Positions 35,814 through 46,392 of a stretch of 64,000 bases of DNA are shown here, in pieces (position 1 is the first letter of the stretch; every line of letters starts with the position of its first letter). This DNA is from Clostridia bacterium (GTDB lineage Bacteria > Bacillota > Clostridia > Christensenellales > SZUA-584). The translations under genes were made by a program, and so were the position numbers. The DNA lies in assembly GCA_018648645.1 (NCBI GenBank), contig JABGQS010000003.1, positions 1,791 through 65,790 of the forward strand, in the 5' to 3' direction. The notes under the pieces were generated by a model that did not search any database, was not told the DNA's origin, and saw only the letters and a program-made list of their open reading frames with translations.

Positions 35814-37241
35814 ATGTCATTTTGCATGAAGTGTGGGAGACAGCTGACTCAAGGTAAATGCCCAAATTGCGACAGTATAGATATTTCCGAGAAGAGTAAA
35901 AAACAACAAATCGCGAGCAATAAGAAAGACACAAAACCCAAATCAAAAAAAGAGAGGATACCGATTGGCAAGAAAAAACTAGCTGTCATTATTTCCGTTT
36001 GCGCTGCGGTGGTAATAGCGATTGCCGTTGGTGCTGTTTTTCTTGGTATTTCACAAAACAAGAATTCTGACTACGAAGATGCCATAGCATTGCTAGATGA
36101 CGGCAAGTCCGAAAAGGCGGCACAGATTTTTGAGGACCTTGGCAGCTTCAAGGATTCAGAAACTTTTCTGCAAGAGTGCAAAGTACTGACCGACTATAAC
36201 GAAGCGGTAGAAACGATGCAGGACGAAAACTATGCAGAAGCAATCGAGCTGCTCGCGGCACTTGGCGATTATGAGGATTCACAGGAGCTTTTGCAGCTTT
36301 CTCAAAACAACCTAGACTATGAAGGTGCCGTTGCGCTATTCGACTCCGGTGACTTTGAGCAGGCAAAAACGATGTTCTCTGTGCTGACAGACTTCAAAGA
36401 CAGCGCCCTGCTCGCACAAGACTGCCAAGTAAGGCTAGACTATGCAATGGCGGTCGGGCTTTTTGATGCCGGTGATTACCTAACGGCAAAGATCATGTTC
36501 GGAAAAACTCCGGGCTATGAGGACAGCGCAAATCTGGTACTGGTCTGCGAATTCAGGATAGCCTACGACAACGCAACAAAAAGAATCGACAATGAAGACT
36601 TCGAAGGCGCTTGGTCACTTCTCAACAGTCTCAAAAAAGACATAGCAGACTCCGGCATAGATTTTAACTTGGTGCTGGATCAGAGCGAATTTGATGCCGC
36701 TAGAGACAACTGCAGCAAACACATCTCATACAACAGAGGGAAAAGCTTTTTTGACCAAGGGCTTTTCTACTCCGCGTACTTATCGTTTAGTAATGCCGAC
36801 GGCTTGCTCGATGCTGACGAGCTGGCACTATCTTGTGCACAGCCAATCGAAACAGGAGAAATCTACGTAAATCCGGAATATACCGAGAATCGAGTTTCGG
36901 TAACGTTCTATGCGCCTGTGGAAAGTGGAAACAGCGTATGCGTTAGAATTTACTCAGGAAACGATTTAGCTTCGATGCTGTTGATTAAAGCTGGTGAAAA
37001 GCTAAGAATTAAACTGCCGGATGGTATGTTTTCATTCAATATAGGTAAAGGCATAGACTGGTATGGAGAAGAAGAGTTTTTTGGTCTCGAGGGGTACTAT
37101 GGCACGCTTATAGTTGATGAATCGAATACAACATTACTTCGCAAGCTAAAACTTCTGATTCCGTATTATAACTATTCTTTTAGATTCGAAACTGAAGAAG
37201 GCAATCTCCCGAGCGAGGAAATCAAACAAAGCGAGTTCTAA
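35814..37241 (+). CDS. zinc-ribbon / single-TM / 41-residue-repeat protein, paralogue A (unknown function)
   Basis: CMKCGRQLTQGKCPNCD, Lys-rich linker, TM LAVIISVCAAVVIAIAVGAVFLGI, four to five DYxxA...LGDFKDS repeats, C-terminal domain with WYGEEEFFG. GGAGG upstream. Confidence 0.75.
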   Translation: MSFCMKCGRQLTQGKCPNCDSIDISEKSKKQQIASNKKDTKPKSKKERIPIGKKKLAVIISVCAAVVIAIAVGAVFLGISQNKNSDYEDAIALLDDGKSEKAAQIFEDLGSFKDSETFLQECKVLTDYNEAVETMQDENYAEAIELLAALGDYEDSQELLQLSQNNLDYEGAVALFDSGDFEQAKTMFSVLTDFKDSALLAQDCQVRLDYAMAVGLFDAGDYLTAKIMFGKTPGYEDSANLVLVCEFRIAYDNATKRIDNEDFEGAWSLLNSLKKDIADSGIDFNLVLDQSEFDAARDNCSKHISYNRGKSFFDQGLFYSAYLSFSNADGLLDADELALSCAQPIETGEIYVNPEYTENRVSVTFYAPVESGNSVCVRIYSGNDLASMLLIKAGEKLRIKLPDGMFSFNIGKGIDWYGEEEFFGLEGYYGTLIVDESNTTLLRKLKLLIPYYNYSFRFETEEGNLPSEEIKQSEF

Positions 37242-37259
37242 AGGAAATGAATCAGCGTA

Positions 37260-37296
37260 ACAGCTGCCGAAGAACTGTCTCGGCAGCTGTTTTTTA
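37260..37296 (+). terminator. rho-independent terminator
   Basis: Perfect 11-bp stem acagctgccga / tcggcagctgt, followed by tttttt. Confidence 0.85.
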
Positions 37297-37426
37297 TTCG
37301 GAGCGAGTAAACAATGTTCGCTAAAAAACGGAATCACGAAACTCGTCAAGAAAACAGTTGCAACCGCGCACAGAACCTGTTATCCTTTGTGCGTATAATA
37401 AACAAATATTAGGAGGAAATGTGCAG

Positions 37427-38212
37427 ATGAGCTCTATTTTTTCTATGGAAGGCAAGTGTGTCATCGTGACAGGAGGCGCGGGCAATCTGTTGACTCCTAC
37501 AATTTCGCAGATGCTGATGCTCGGTGCAAAAGTCGCAGTAGCGGACATTCTCGAACCGCGATACGATCAAATGCCGGATGAATTCGCAGACAACCTCTTT
37601 TATAAAAAATGCGATGCGTACAACACTTCGCAGATCAAAGGGTTTGTCGATTTCGCTATTCAAAAGATGGGTAAAATAAACGTGCTGGTCAACGGTGCTA
37701 CGTTCGGCGCGGGATACGGTGCTCACGCCACTCCCGACATCATGACAGATGAGGAGTGGGAGCGAGGGCTCGCGGGCTCTGTCGGAGTGGTGTTCAAGTT
37801 CACCAGAGAGTGCCTGCCCTCCTTAAAGCAAAACGGCGGTTCAATCGTCAACTTCTCATCAATGTACGGACACGTTTCGCCCGACTACAAAATGTACGGC
37901 GAGTCGGGTTACAACAACCCTTGCAACTACGGCGCGGGCAAAGCGGGCGTATCGCAATTCACGCGATACTGCGCAGGAAACTACGGTCGGTTTGGCATAC
38001 GTGTCAACGACGTAACCCCCGGTCCCTTCCCTGCGGAAGACCACGTCAAAGCCAACCCGGACTTTGGCAAAGAGCTGGCTAAACGAACGATGTTGGGTCG
38101 ATACGGCGACCACCCCGAGATAGCAGGCGCGGTCATTTACCTCGCAAGCGACGCCTCAACCTTCACTACAGGGAGCAATCTGGTTGTGGATGGCGGTTGG
38201 ACTGCTTGGTAA
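37427..38212 (+). CDS. SDR-family oxidoreductase
   Basis: Trimmed to ATG 37427, with AGGAGG at 37411-37416. VIVTGGAGNL dinucleotide fold, NGAT, catalytic S...YGAGKAG (YxxxK), NDVTPGPF. Confidence 0.85.
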   Translation: MSSIFSMEGKCVIVTGGAGNLLTPTISQMLMLGAKVAVADILEPRYDQMPDEFADNLFYKKCDAYNTSQIKGFVDFAIQKMGKINVLVNGATFGAGYGAHATPDIMTDEEWERGLAGSVGVVFKFTRECLPSLKQNGGSIVNFSSMYGHVSPDYKMYGESGYNNPCNYGAGKAGVSQFTRYCAGNYGRFGIRVNDVTPGPFPAEDHVKANPDFGKELAKRTMLGRYGDHPEIAGAVIYLASDASTFTTGSNLVVDGGWTAW

Positions 38213-38306
38213 TTTTCGGCAAATTGCAGAATCTTCTTGCGCAAGAATAAATGTTTGTGGTACAATATGCTGACAAAGAAATTACTAGGGCTAATGGAGG
38301 TTTTTC

Positions 38307-39683
38307 ATGTATTGTACAAATTGTGGGAGCGTATTAGAATCGGGGAAATGCCCAAATTGTGATTTTGTAGATAGTTCAGTCTCGGCTGATTCAGAACTGC
38401 CGAAAAGAAGCAAAAAATCTGCAAAAAAAGTGAAAGAGCCAAAAGTCAGGAAAGTTAAGCAACCCAAAGAAAAGCAACCCAAAGAAAAGCAACCCAAAGA
38501 AAAGCAACCCATGACAAAAAAGAAGAAAGTCATCATTATCGTTTCAGCCGCTGCTTTTATAGTACTAGCCGGCGTGGGGGCCTTTCTTGCAGTTTACTTT
38601 GTGAAAGACGCGCAGTACAACGACGCAATTGAACTTTTAAGGAGAGAAAAGCTAGATGCCGCGGCAGACTCCTTCGAAGAATTAGGGGGCTTTAAGAACT
38701 CGCCGGAGTTTTTAGAGGAAACCTTAACCATGATAGACTACTTTGACGCAAAAGGTGCCTTGGAGGATGGGGAGTACGAAGACGCGATATCCATGTTCGC
38801 AGACCTAAACGGCTATCAGGATAGCAGAACGCTTGAAGCTTTGGCACAGCAGCATTTCGATTACGAAGCTGCCACAGCGCTATTTGACTCCGGCGCGTTC
38901 GAGCAGGCAAAGGTTGCATACCTCGCGCTCGGCGATTTCGAGGAAAGTATCATGATGGTGGAGGTGTGTCAGGTAGTCCTTGACTACGATGAGGCACAAA
39001 CCCTATACGCCGCAGGACAGTTTCTTCAAGCGAAGAATATATTTGATACCATTCCGGAATTCGGAGACAGCAAGGACATGTCTTTCATCTGTGATTGTGT
39101 ATTGACTTTTGATGAGGCTGTGGACAAAATAGACAGCAGGCTGTTTTCGGCGGCGGAGTCGATGTTGAAGAGATTACAAAAGGATATCAACAGCTCTTCA
39201 ATCAATGTAAGCGAAGTTTTACCGCCCGATGAGATCAGCTATTATCTGGGCGTATCATACTTTGAGCAGGATTTGTTCTACTCAGCTTATCAGGAATTCA
39301 AAAAGTCCACCGGGTTTCTCGATGCAGCGTCCAAAGCGGGGAAGTGCGAACAGCCTTTCAAATCAGAGGAAATCTATATAAATCCAGACTATACACGCAA
39401 CAGTGTTAAGCTGACGCTCTATGCACCCGAAGATGGTACAGAAAATATCTGCGTAAAGATATATGAGAAGAGCGGCGAGTTGGTTTCAGTCTGTCTGATA
39501 GAGAACGATGAGAAGGTAAAAATTTATTTACCGAGCGGCACATATTATTACAAAATCAGCTATGGTCATAAATGGTATGGAGAAGAGGAAGGCTTTGGAA
39601 ATAGCTTTGAAAGAGTCACTTTCTCTGATGGGACAGATACGTTCAAACTGTCTTCAAGCTATTACTATTGGATGAATTTCTAA
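38307..39683 (+). CDS. zinc-ribbon / single-TM / 41-residue-repeat protein, paralogue B (unknown function)
   Basis: CTNCGSVLESGKCPNCD, KEKQP repeat linker, TM, repeats (DYEAATALFDSGAFEQAKVAYLALGDFEES...), C-terminal WYGEEEGFG. Colinear with 35814-37241. Confidence 0.75.
   Translation: MYCTNCGSVLESGKCPNCDFVDSSVSADSELPKRSKKSAKKVKEPKVRKVKQPKEKQPKEKQPKEKQPMTKKKKVIIIVSAAAFIVLAGVGAFLAVYFVKDAQYNDAIELLRREKLDAAADSFEELGGFKNSPEFLEETLTMIDYFDAKGALEDGEYEDAISMFADLNGYQDSRTLEALAQQHFDYEAATALFDSGAFEQAKVAYLALGDFEESIMMVEVCQVVLDYDEAQTLYAAGQFLQAKNIFDTIPEFGDSKDMSFICDCVLTFDEAVDKIDSRLFSAAESMLKRLQKDINSSSINVSEVLPPDEISYYLGVSYFEQDLFYSAYQEFKKSTGFLDAASKAGKCEQPFKSEEIYINPDYTRNSVKLTLYAPEDGTENICVKIYEKSGELVSVCLIENDEKVKIYLPSGTYYYKISYGHKWYGEEEGFGNSFERVTFSDGTDTFKLSSSYYYWMNF
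38459..38511 (+). repeat. 15-bp perfect tandem repeat, about 3.5 copies, encoding (QPKEK)n
   Basis: gcaacccaaagaaaa three times, then gcaaccca. Read directly. Confidence 0.95.
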
Positions 39684-39866
39684 TACGAGATTCCTTGCGA
39701 TTTGCTAGCTCAAGAGAATTGTTTACTTGCACTAATTAAAGCAGGTGACCCGCTGACTCGAGGGAAGCCTGTTTTTTTGTCGCAAGCAGTTGATTATCTA
39801 TGCCAAAAGAACATTTGTCTGGTTAATGTTTGACATACAGGCGCGTTGCGACTATAGTTAAATCAA

Positions 39867-40361
39867 GTGATTATTCTTGGCATAGATCCGGGTCTTGCGC
39901 TGGTGGGTTACGGCGTAATAAGCTCGGTTCAAAATAAAATAAATCTACTGGAATGCGGTGTGATTAAAACCAAGCCGGACATGCCGTTTCCGCGTCGGCT
40001 TTCAATCATATACGACAGCGTTATCGACCTCATACAAAAGTTTGCACCCGACTGTATAGCGTTCGAAGAGCTGTTTGCGGGCAAGAACGTAAAAACGGTT
40101 ATCCAGGTTGCGCAGGCGCGCGGCGCGGCGATGGCGGCAACTTTCGGTACTGGCGCGCAGCTTTTCGAATACACGCCGATGCAAATCAAACAAGCGGTTG
40201 TCGGCTACGGCAGAGCAGATAAAAAACAGGTGCAGGAAATGGTGCGCCTGCTGCTCAGCATGGACAAGATAATTCGCCCGGACGACGCTGCAGACGCGGT
40301 TGCGTGCGCGATATGCCACGCTCACATCGGCAAATTCAGCGAAACATTCAGGATAAAGTAA
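39867..40361 (+). CDS. ruvC: crossover junction endodeoxyribonuclease RuvC (GTG start)
   Basis: (M)IILGIDPGLALVGYGVI, FEELFAGKNVKT, DAADAVACAICH. Confidence 0.9.
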   Translation: MIILGIDPGLALVGYGVISSVQNKINLLECGVIKTKPDMPFPRRLSIIYDSVIDLIQKFAPDCIAFEELFAGKNVKTVIQVAQARGAAMAATFGTGAQLFEYTPMQIKQAVVGYGRADKKQVQEMVRLLLSMDKIIRPDDAADAVACAICHAHIGKFSETFRIK

Positions 40362-40372
40362 AGGGGTACAAT

Positions 40373-40960
40373 ATGTACGATTATATAAAAGGTGAGGTAA
40401 TCGAGACCGGCAAAGACTACGCTGTGGTCGAAACACACGGCGTTGGGTACTTCATCAACACAACTGCACACACCCTCGCTAAAATAAATCAAGGCGAAAC
40501 GGTTAAGCTATGCTGTCAGATCATAGTGCGCGAGGATTCACACACACTGTACGGTTTTGCGCTGCCCGAAGAAAAGTCGATGTTCGTCAAGCTCATAAGC
40601 GTTTCGGGCGTCGGTCCAAAGGTTGCGCTTGCGATACTGTCCGCCATGAGCGTCGGAGAGCTCGCGACAGCGATAATCACGTCGGACGAAGGCGCTTTCC
40701 AAAAGGTGTCGGGCGTTGGTAAGAAAACGGCAGCACGGCTGATTATCGACCTCGCAGAAAAAATCGACACATCTGAAGCGATTAAGATGAGCGATGTTGC
40801 AGCGGGTGGCAGCGCCGACAAGGAGGCCGAAGCCGTGGCAGCGCTTGTGTCGCTGGGGTACAACCGCAGCGAAGCAGTACGCGCAGTGTCGTCCGTCAAG
40901 AACCTCGCAGACACCGCGGAAGACATTATACTGATGGCATTAAAGCGCATAGGAGGCTAA
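40373..40960 (+). CDS. ruvA: Holliday junction DNA helicase RuvA
   Basis: Trimmed to ATG 40373 (MYDYIKGEV...). HhH region LISVSGVGPKVALAIL and VSGVGKKTAARLI. Confidence 0.95.
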   Translation: MYDYIKGEVIETGKDYAVVETHGVGYFINTTAHTLAKINQGETVKLCCQIIVREDSHTLYGFALPEEKSMFVKLISVSGVGPKVALAILSAMSVGELATAIITSDEGAFQKVSGVGKKTAARLIIDLAEKIDTSEAIKMSDVAAGGSADKEAEAVAALVSLGYNRSEAVRAVSSVKNLADTAEDIILMALKRIGG

Positions 40961-40963
40961 CAT

Positions 40964-42004
40964 ATGGACGAGAACAGAATAGTATCGGCCGAGTTTACCG
41001 AAAACGATATAATGACAGATTACTCTCTGCGCCCTAAGACGCTGGGCGAATACACAGGGCAGGAGAAAGTCAAAGAGAACCTGCAAGTGTTTATGACGGC
41101 AGCAAAAAACAGGGGCGAGTCGCTCGACCACGTGCTGCTTTACGGACCGCCCGGGCTCGGTAAAACATCGCTCGCGTTTATAATCGCAACCGAAATGGGC
41201 GTCAACATCCGCGTCACGTCGGGGCCTGCTATAGAGCGTCCGGGCGACCTCGCGTCCATCCTCACCAACCTCAACAAAGGCGACGTGCTGTTTGTGGACG
41301 AAATTCACCGGCTCAACAGCAGCGTAGAAGAGGTGCTTTACCCCGCGATGGAAGACTACGCACTCGACATAATTATCGGCAAAGGCCCCTCAGCACGAAC
41401 GCTGCGGCTAGATTTACCGCCGTTCACGCTGATTGGTGCCACAACACGGGCAGGCATGCTGACATCACCGCTAAGAGATCGTTTCGGTGTAATCAACCGA
41501 CTAAAGATGTACTCGCCGGAAGAACTATCGCAAATCATCAACAGATCGGCAGGCATTCTCGGGTGCGAAATATCTCAGGAAGCATCACTAGAGCTTGCAT
41601 CAAGGTCGCGGGGGACACCGCGTGTTGCAAACCGTCTTCTAAAGCGCGTGCGAGACTTCGCCGAGGTCAAGGGCTCCGGTGATATAACGCTCAAAGTAGC
41701 GCGCTACGGGCTGGATATGCTTGAGGTGGACGAGATTGGTCTTGACGGCGTGGACAAGTCGATACTCGAGACAATCATCGCAAAGTTCGGCGGCGGGCCT
41801 GTCGGGCTCGATACGCTGTGCGCAGCGACAAACGAAGAGCGCGTCACAATCGAGGACGTTTACGAGCCGTACTTGATACAGCTTGGGTTTATAAACAAGA
41901 CGCCGCGCGGTCGCGTCGCAACAAAACTGGCGCATGCGCACATGGGATATGCGTATAACGGCAGCGATGCGGAGCAAACCAAATTGGATATTTCGGAGGA
42001 ATAG
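40964..42004 (+). CDS. ruvB: Holliday junction DNA helicase RuvB
   Basis: [19 protein letters not shown], Walker [22 protein letters not shown]. Confidence 0.95.
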   Translation: MDENRIVSAEFTENDIMTDYSLRPKTLGEYTGQEKVKENLQVFMTAAKNRGESLDHVLLYGPPGLGKTSLAFIIATEMGVNIRVTSGPAIERPGDLASILTNLNKGDVLFVDEIHRLNSSVEEVLYPAMEDYALDIIIGKGPSARTLRLDLPPFTLIGATTRAGMLTSPLRDRFGVINRLKMYSPEELSQIINRSAGILGCEISQEASLELASRSRGTPRVANRLLKRVRDFAEVKGSGDITLKVARYGLDMLEVDEIGLDGVDKSILETIIAKFGGGPVGLDTLCAATNEERVTIEDVYEPYLIQLGFINKTPRGRVATKLAHAHMGYAYNGSDAEQTKLDISEE

Positions 42005-44151
<2,147 letters not shown>

Positions 44152-44235
44152 ATATAAAAAGTTGTTGATAAAAAACTTGCGCTATTATAGAATGGAGAAA
44201 GAAAAATTCTAAAAAAATTAAGGTAGGTATGAGTA

Positions 44236-44541
44236 ATGACAGGAGCATTTGGTGAATTCCTAACAAATTACGGAATATACATACTCATTTTTGCAGTTTT
44301 TATTGCATTGATGATTATTCCGCAAAGAAGAAGAAAGAAAGCTGCATTGAAGATGATGGAGAGTTTAAAGGTGGGCAAAACAATCAAGACTATTGGTGGA
44401 TTTTACGGCAAGATTATTGCTGTAAAAGACGACTTAGTTACAATTGAGATGCTTCCGGACAAAACACGCATGGTTGTTGCCAAAGGCGCAATAGCTACTG
44501 TTGAAGATTCTCCGACAGAAGAAACATCACTGGAAAAGTAA
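44236..44541 (+). CDS. yajC: preprotein translocase subunit YajC
   Basis: Single TM, PQRRRKK box, then LKVGKTIKTIGGFYGKI. Confidence 0.9.
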   Translation: MTGAFGEFLTNYGIYILIFAVFIALMIIPQRRRKKAALKMMESLKVGKTIKTIGGFYGKIIAVKDDLVTIEMLPDKTRMVVAKGAIATVEDSPTEETSLEK

Positions 44542-44586
44542 GCACTTGGCCTTGTGCCAACCGGTTTACTTGAAAAACACAAACAG

Positions 44587-44620
44587 CGAGGATAACGTAA
44601 TGTTATCCTCGTTTTTGTTT
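44587..44620 (+). terminator. rho-independent terminator after yajC
   Basis: Perfect 10-bp stem cgaggataac / gttatcctcg with loop gtaat, then tttttgtttt. Confidence 0.9.
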
Positions 44621-44705
44621 TGTCATACTTCTAAAGAGCACCTGCGCGCGTTTCCAAGTGTTGTGTTTTAGCCAAGACTATCAACGCCGCATATAGCGCG
44701 CGCGG

Positions 44706-44734
44706 TTGCAACTGCCCTTCTCATCTGATATAAT
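44706..44734 (+). promoter_or_regulatory. sigma-A-type promoter
   Basis: TTGCAA, 17 nt, TATAAT. Read directly. Confidence 0.7.
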
Positions 44735-44837
44735 ATTCGCATACTTACTATACTATTATAAAAGGTAGGAGGTCAGAGGGCAGGCAGCAAACAGCAATTA
44801 TTATTTTTCTTTTATTAACAGCCCTCAATTATAAAAC

Positions 44838-46259
44838 ATGAATATAGTGTTCGTAGCAGACAGGCACGCGGACGAGAAAGACGCGAAAGATACATTCGGA
44901 GCGTTTATTTGGGTTTCGCGCGTTGTGACACAGCTAAAAGCTTTGGGTCACAATGTATGCGTAATCGCAGAAAATGAACAAGCTCTGGGGGTATTTGCCA
45001 TGCCGTCCAAATCGCATCGCATCGTCAACTTCCTGCTTAAAAAACAAATTCCATTTGGAAAGTGCGACGAAACAATCACGCGCAAAGCACTCGAGGATGC
45101 CGACATCGTACATTTCATAACGCCGTTTGGCCTGAGCGCCAGCGTGCGCAAAATCGCTGCCGACATGGAAATTCCCTGTGTTGCATCGTTCTCGTGCGTC
45201 CCCGAAGACGTGCTTTCCCGCTCGCGTATAAACCGCACCTATGCAAAAAACTATCTCTATCGCCGATGGAATAAGCGGATCTATAAGCATATAAGTGACA
45301 TCCATTGTTTAACCCCGCTCGATGCCGACCGATTGAGCGAGCACGGTTACATATCAGAGCTGCACGTAATCGGCAATGGTCAGGGCGAGCCATTCCTCGA
45401 TGAGCCCGAATCGCACACGTTAGGGCCGCAGGTCGAGGTAGATGCAAAGCAAATGTTGTCGCTTTATAGCGGCGTTATTAATAAACAAAGCAATGATACA
45501 GACTCGCACAAGATACATCTACCGCAGACGCTGTCGTTCAAGCTGGACGAGCACTACGCGTTTGTCAACCGAAAACCGTGGTTTTTGGCGTCGTCATTCC
45601 TGTTCAAATACTTAATCATGTATCCCATTTTTTATACTGTTACCGCGCTGTTCCTCGGCTTTCGCGCAACTGGGCGAGCCAATCTCAAAGCTGCACGCAG
45701 CGGCGCAATCACAGTTTCCAACCATGTACACACGCTCGACGGACCGATGCTGACCTTTGCGCTGTTTCCGCGTCAGCCCGTCATCACATCCATCAAAGGT
45801 AACTTCGAAACACCGGGTGTAGCTTTTTTGGTTCGCATACTGGGCGCTGTGCCCATTCCCGAAACACCAAAAGCGCTCGGTGCGTTTATGCGCGCAATGA
45901 ACGCCGAGCTTGGTCGCAGCCGCATTGTGCATTTTTATCCCGAGGCTTCGCTATGGCCGGGACACACACAGCTGCGCCCATTCAAAAACGGCGCGTTCCA
46001 CCTTGCCGTTTCATCAGGAAAACCGATTTTGCCGATGGTGGTTAAACCGCGCGAGCCCGCTGGGCTGTACAAGCTAATCAAGAAAAAACCGTGCATCACC
46101 GTGCAGATAGGCGAGCCGGTCGCTGTGCCGAGTGTTGGCACCAAGCGTGCGCGAATCGAAGCAATGCGCGGTCAAGTGCACTCGGCAATGGAGCAAATGC
46201 TGGGCACCTCGCAGACTAAAGAACACCCTGAGGAGTCAAAAATAAAAGCAGCGCAATAA
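44838..46259 (+). CDS. chimeric protein: GT4-type glycosyltransferase N-terminal half fused to a PlsC-type (lysophospholipid) acyltransferase
   Basis: Residues 1 to about 190 align with the N-half of the next gene (DADIVHFITPFGLS / GADIVHFFMPFKLS; LHVIGNG / LHVISNG). Next comes a hydrophobic segment, then the acyltransferase motifs NHVHTLDGP (HX4D), FYPEASLW and FKNGAFHLA. Confidence 0.7.
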   Translation: MNIVFVADRHADEKDAKDTFGAFIWVSRVVTQLKALGHNVCVIAENEQALGVFAMPSKSHRIVNFLLKKQIPFGKCDETITRKALEDADIVHFITPFGLSASVRKIAADMEIPCVASFSCVPEDVLSRSRINRTYAKNYLYRRWNKRIYKHISDIHCLTPLDADRLSEHGYISELHVIGNGQGEPFLDEPESHTLGPQVEVDAKQMLSLYSGVINKQSNDTDSHKIHLPQTLSFKLDEHYAFVNRKPWFLASSFLFKYLIMYPIFYTVTALFLGFRATGRANLKAARSGAITVSNHVHTLDGPMLTFALFPRQPVITSIKGNFETPGVAFLVRILGAVPIPETPKALGAFMRAMNAELGRSRIVHFYPEASLWPGHTQLRPFKNGAFHLAVSSGKPILPMVVKPREPAGLYKLIKKKPCITVQIGEPVAVPSVGTKRARIEAMRGQVHSAMEQMLGTSQTKEHPEESKIKAAQ

Positions 46260-46392
46260 TTAACGTTTACAAGAGCGTTTGGCGACGCTCAAAAATAAAA
46301 CTAATGGAGGCCGAAAGGATACGGGGAGCAGATTAACAGCTATTATACATATTATATTTTATTTTTTAAGTCCAATCCCCTAACAAAGAATC

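Noticed and set aside
38459-38511. Possible CRISPR-like repeat
   Set aside because: The units are 15 bp, directly abutting with no spacers, in frame and inside a CDS. It is a coding tandem repeat.
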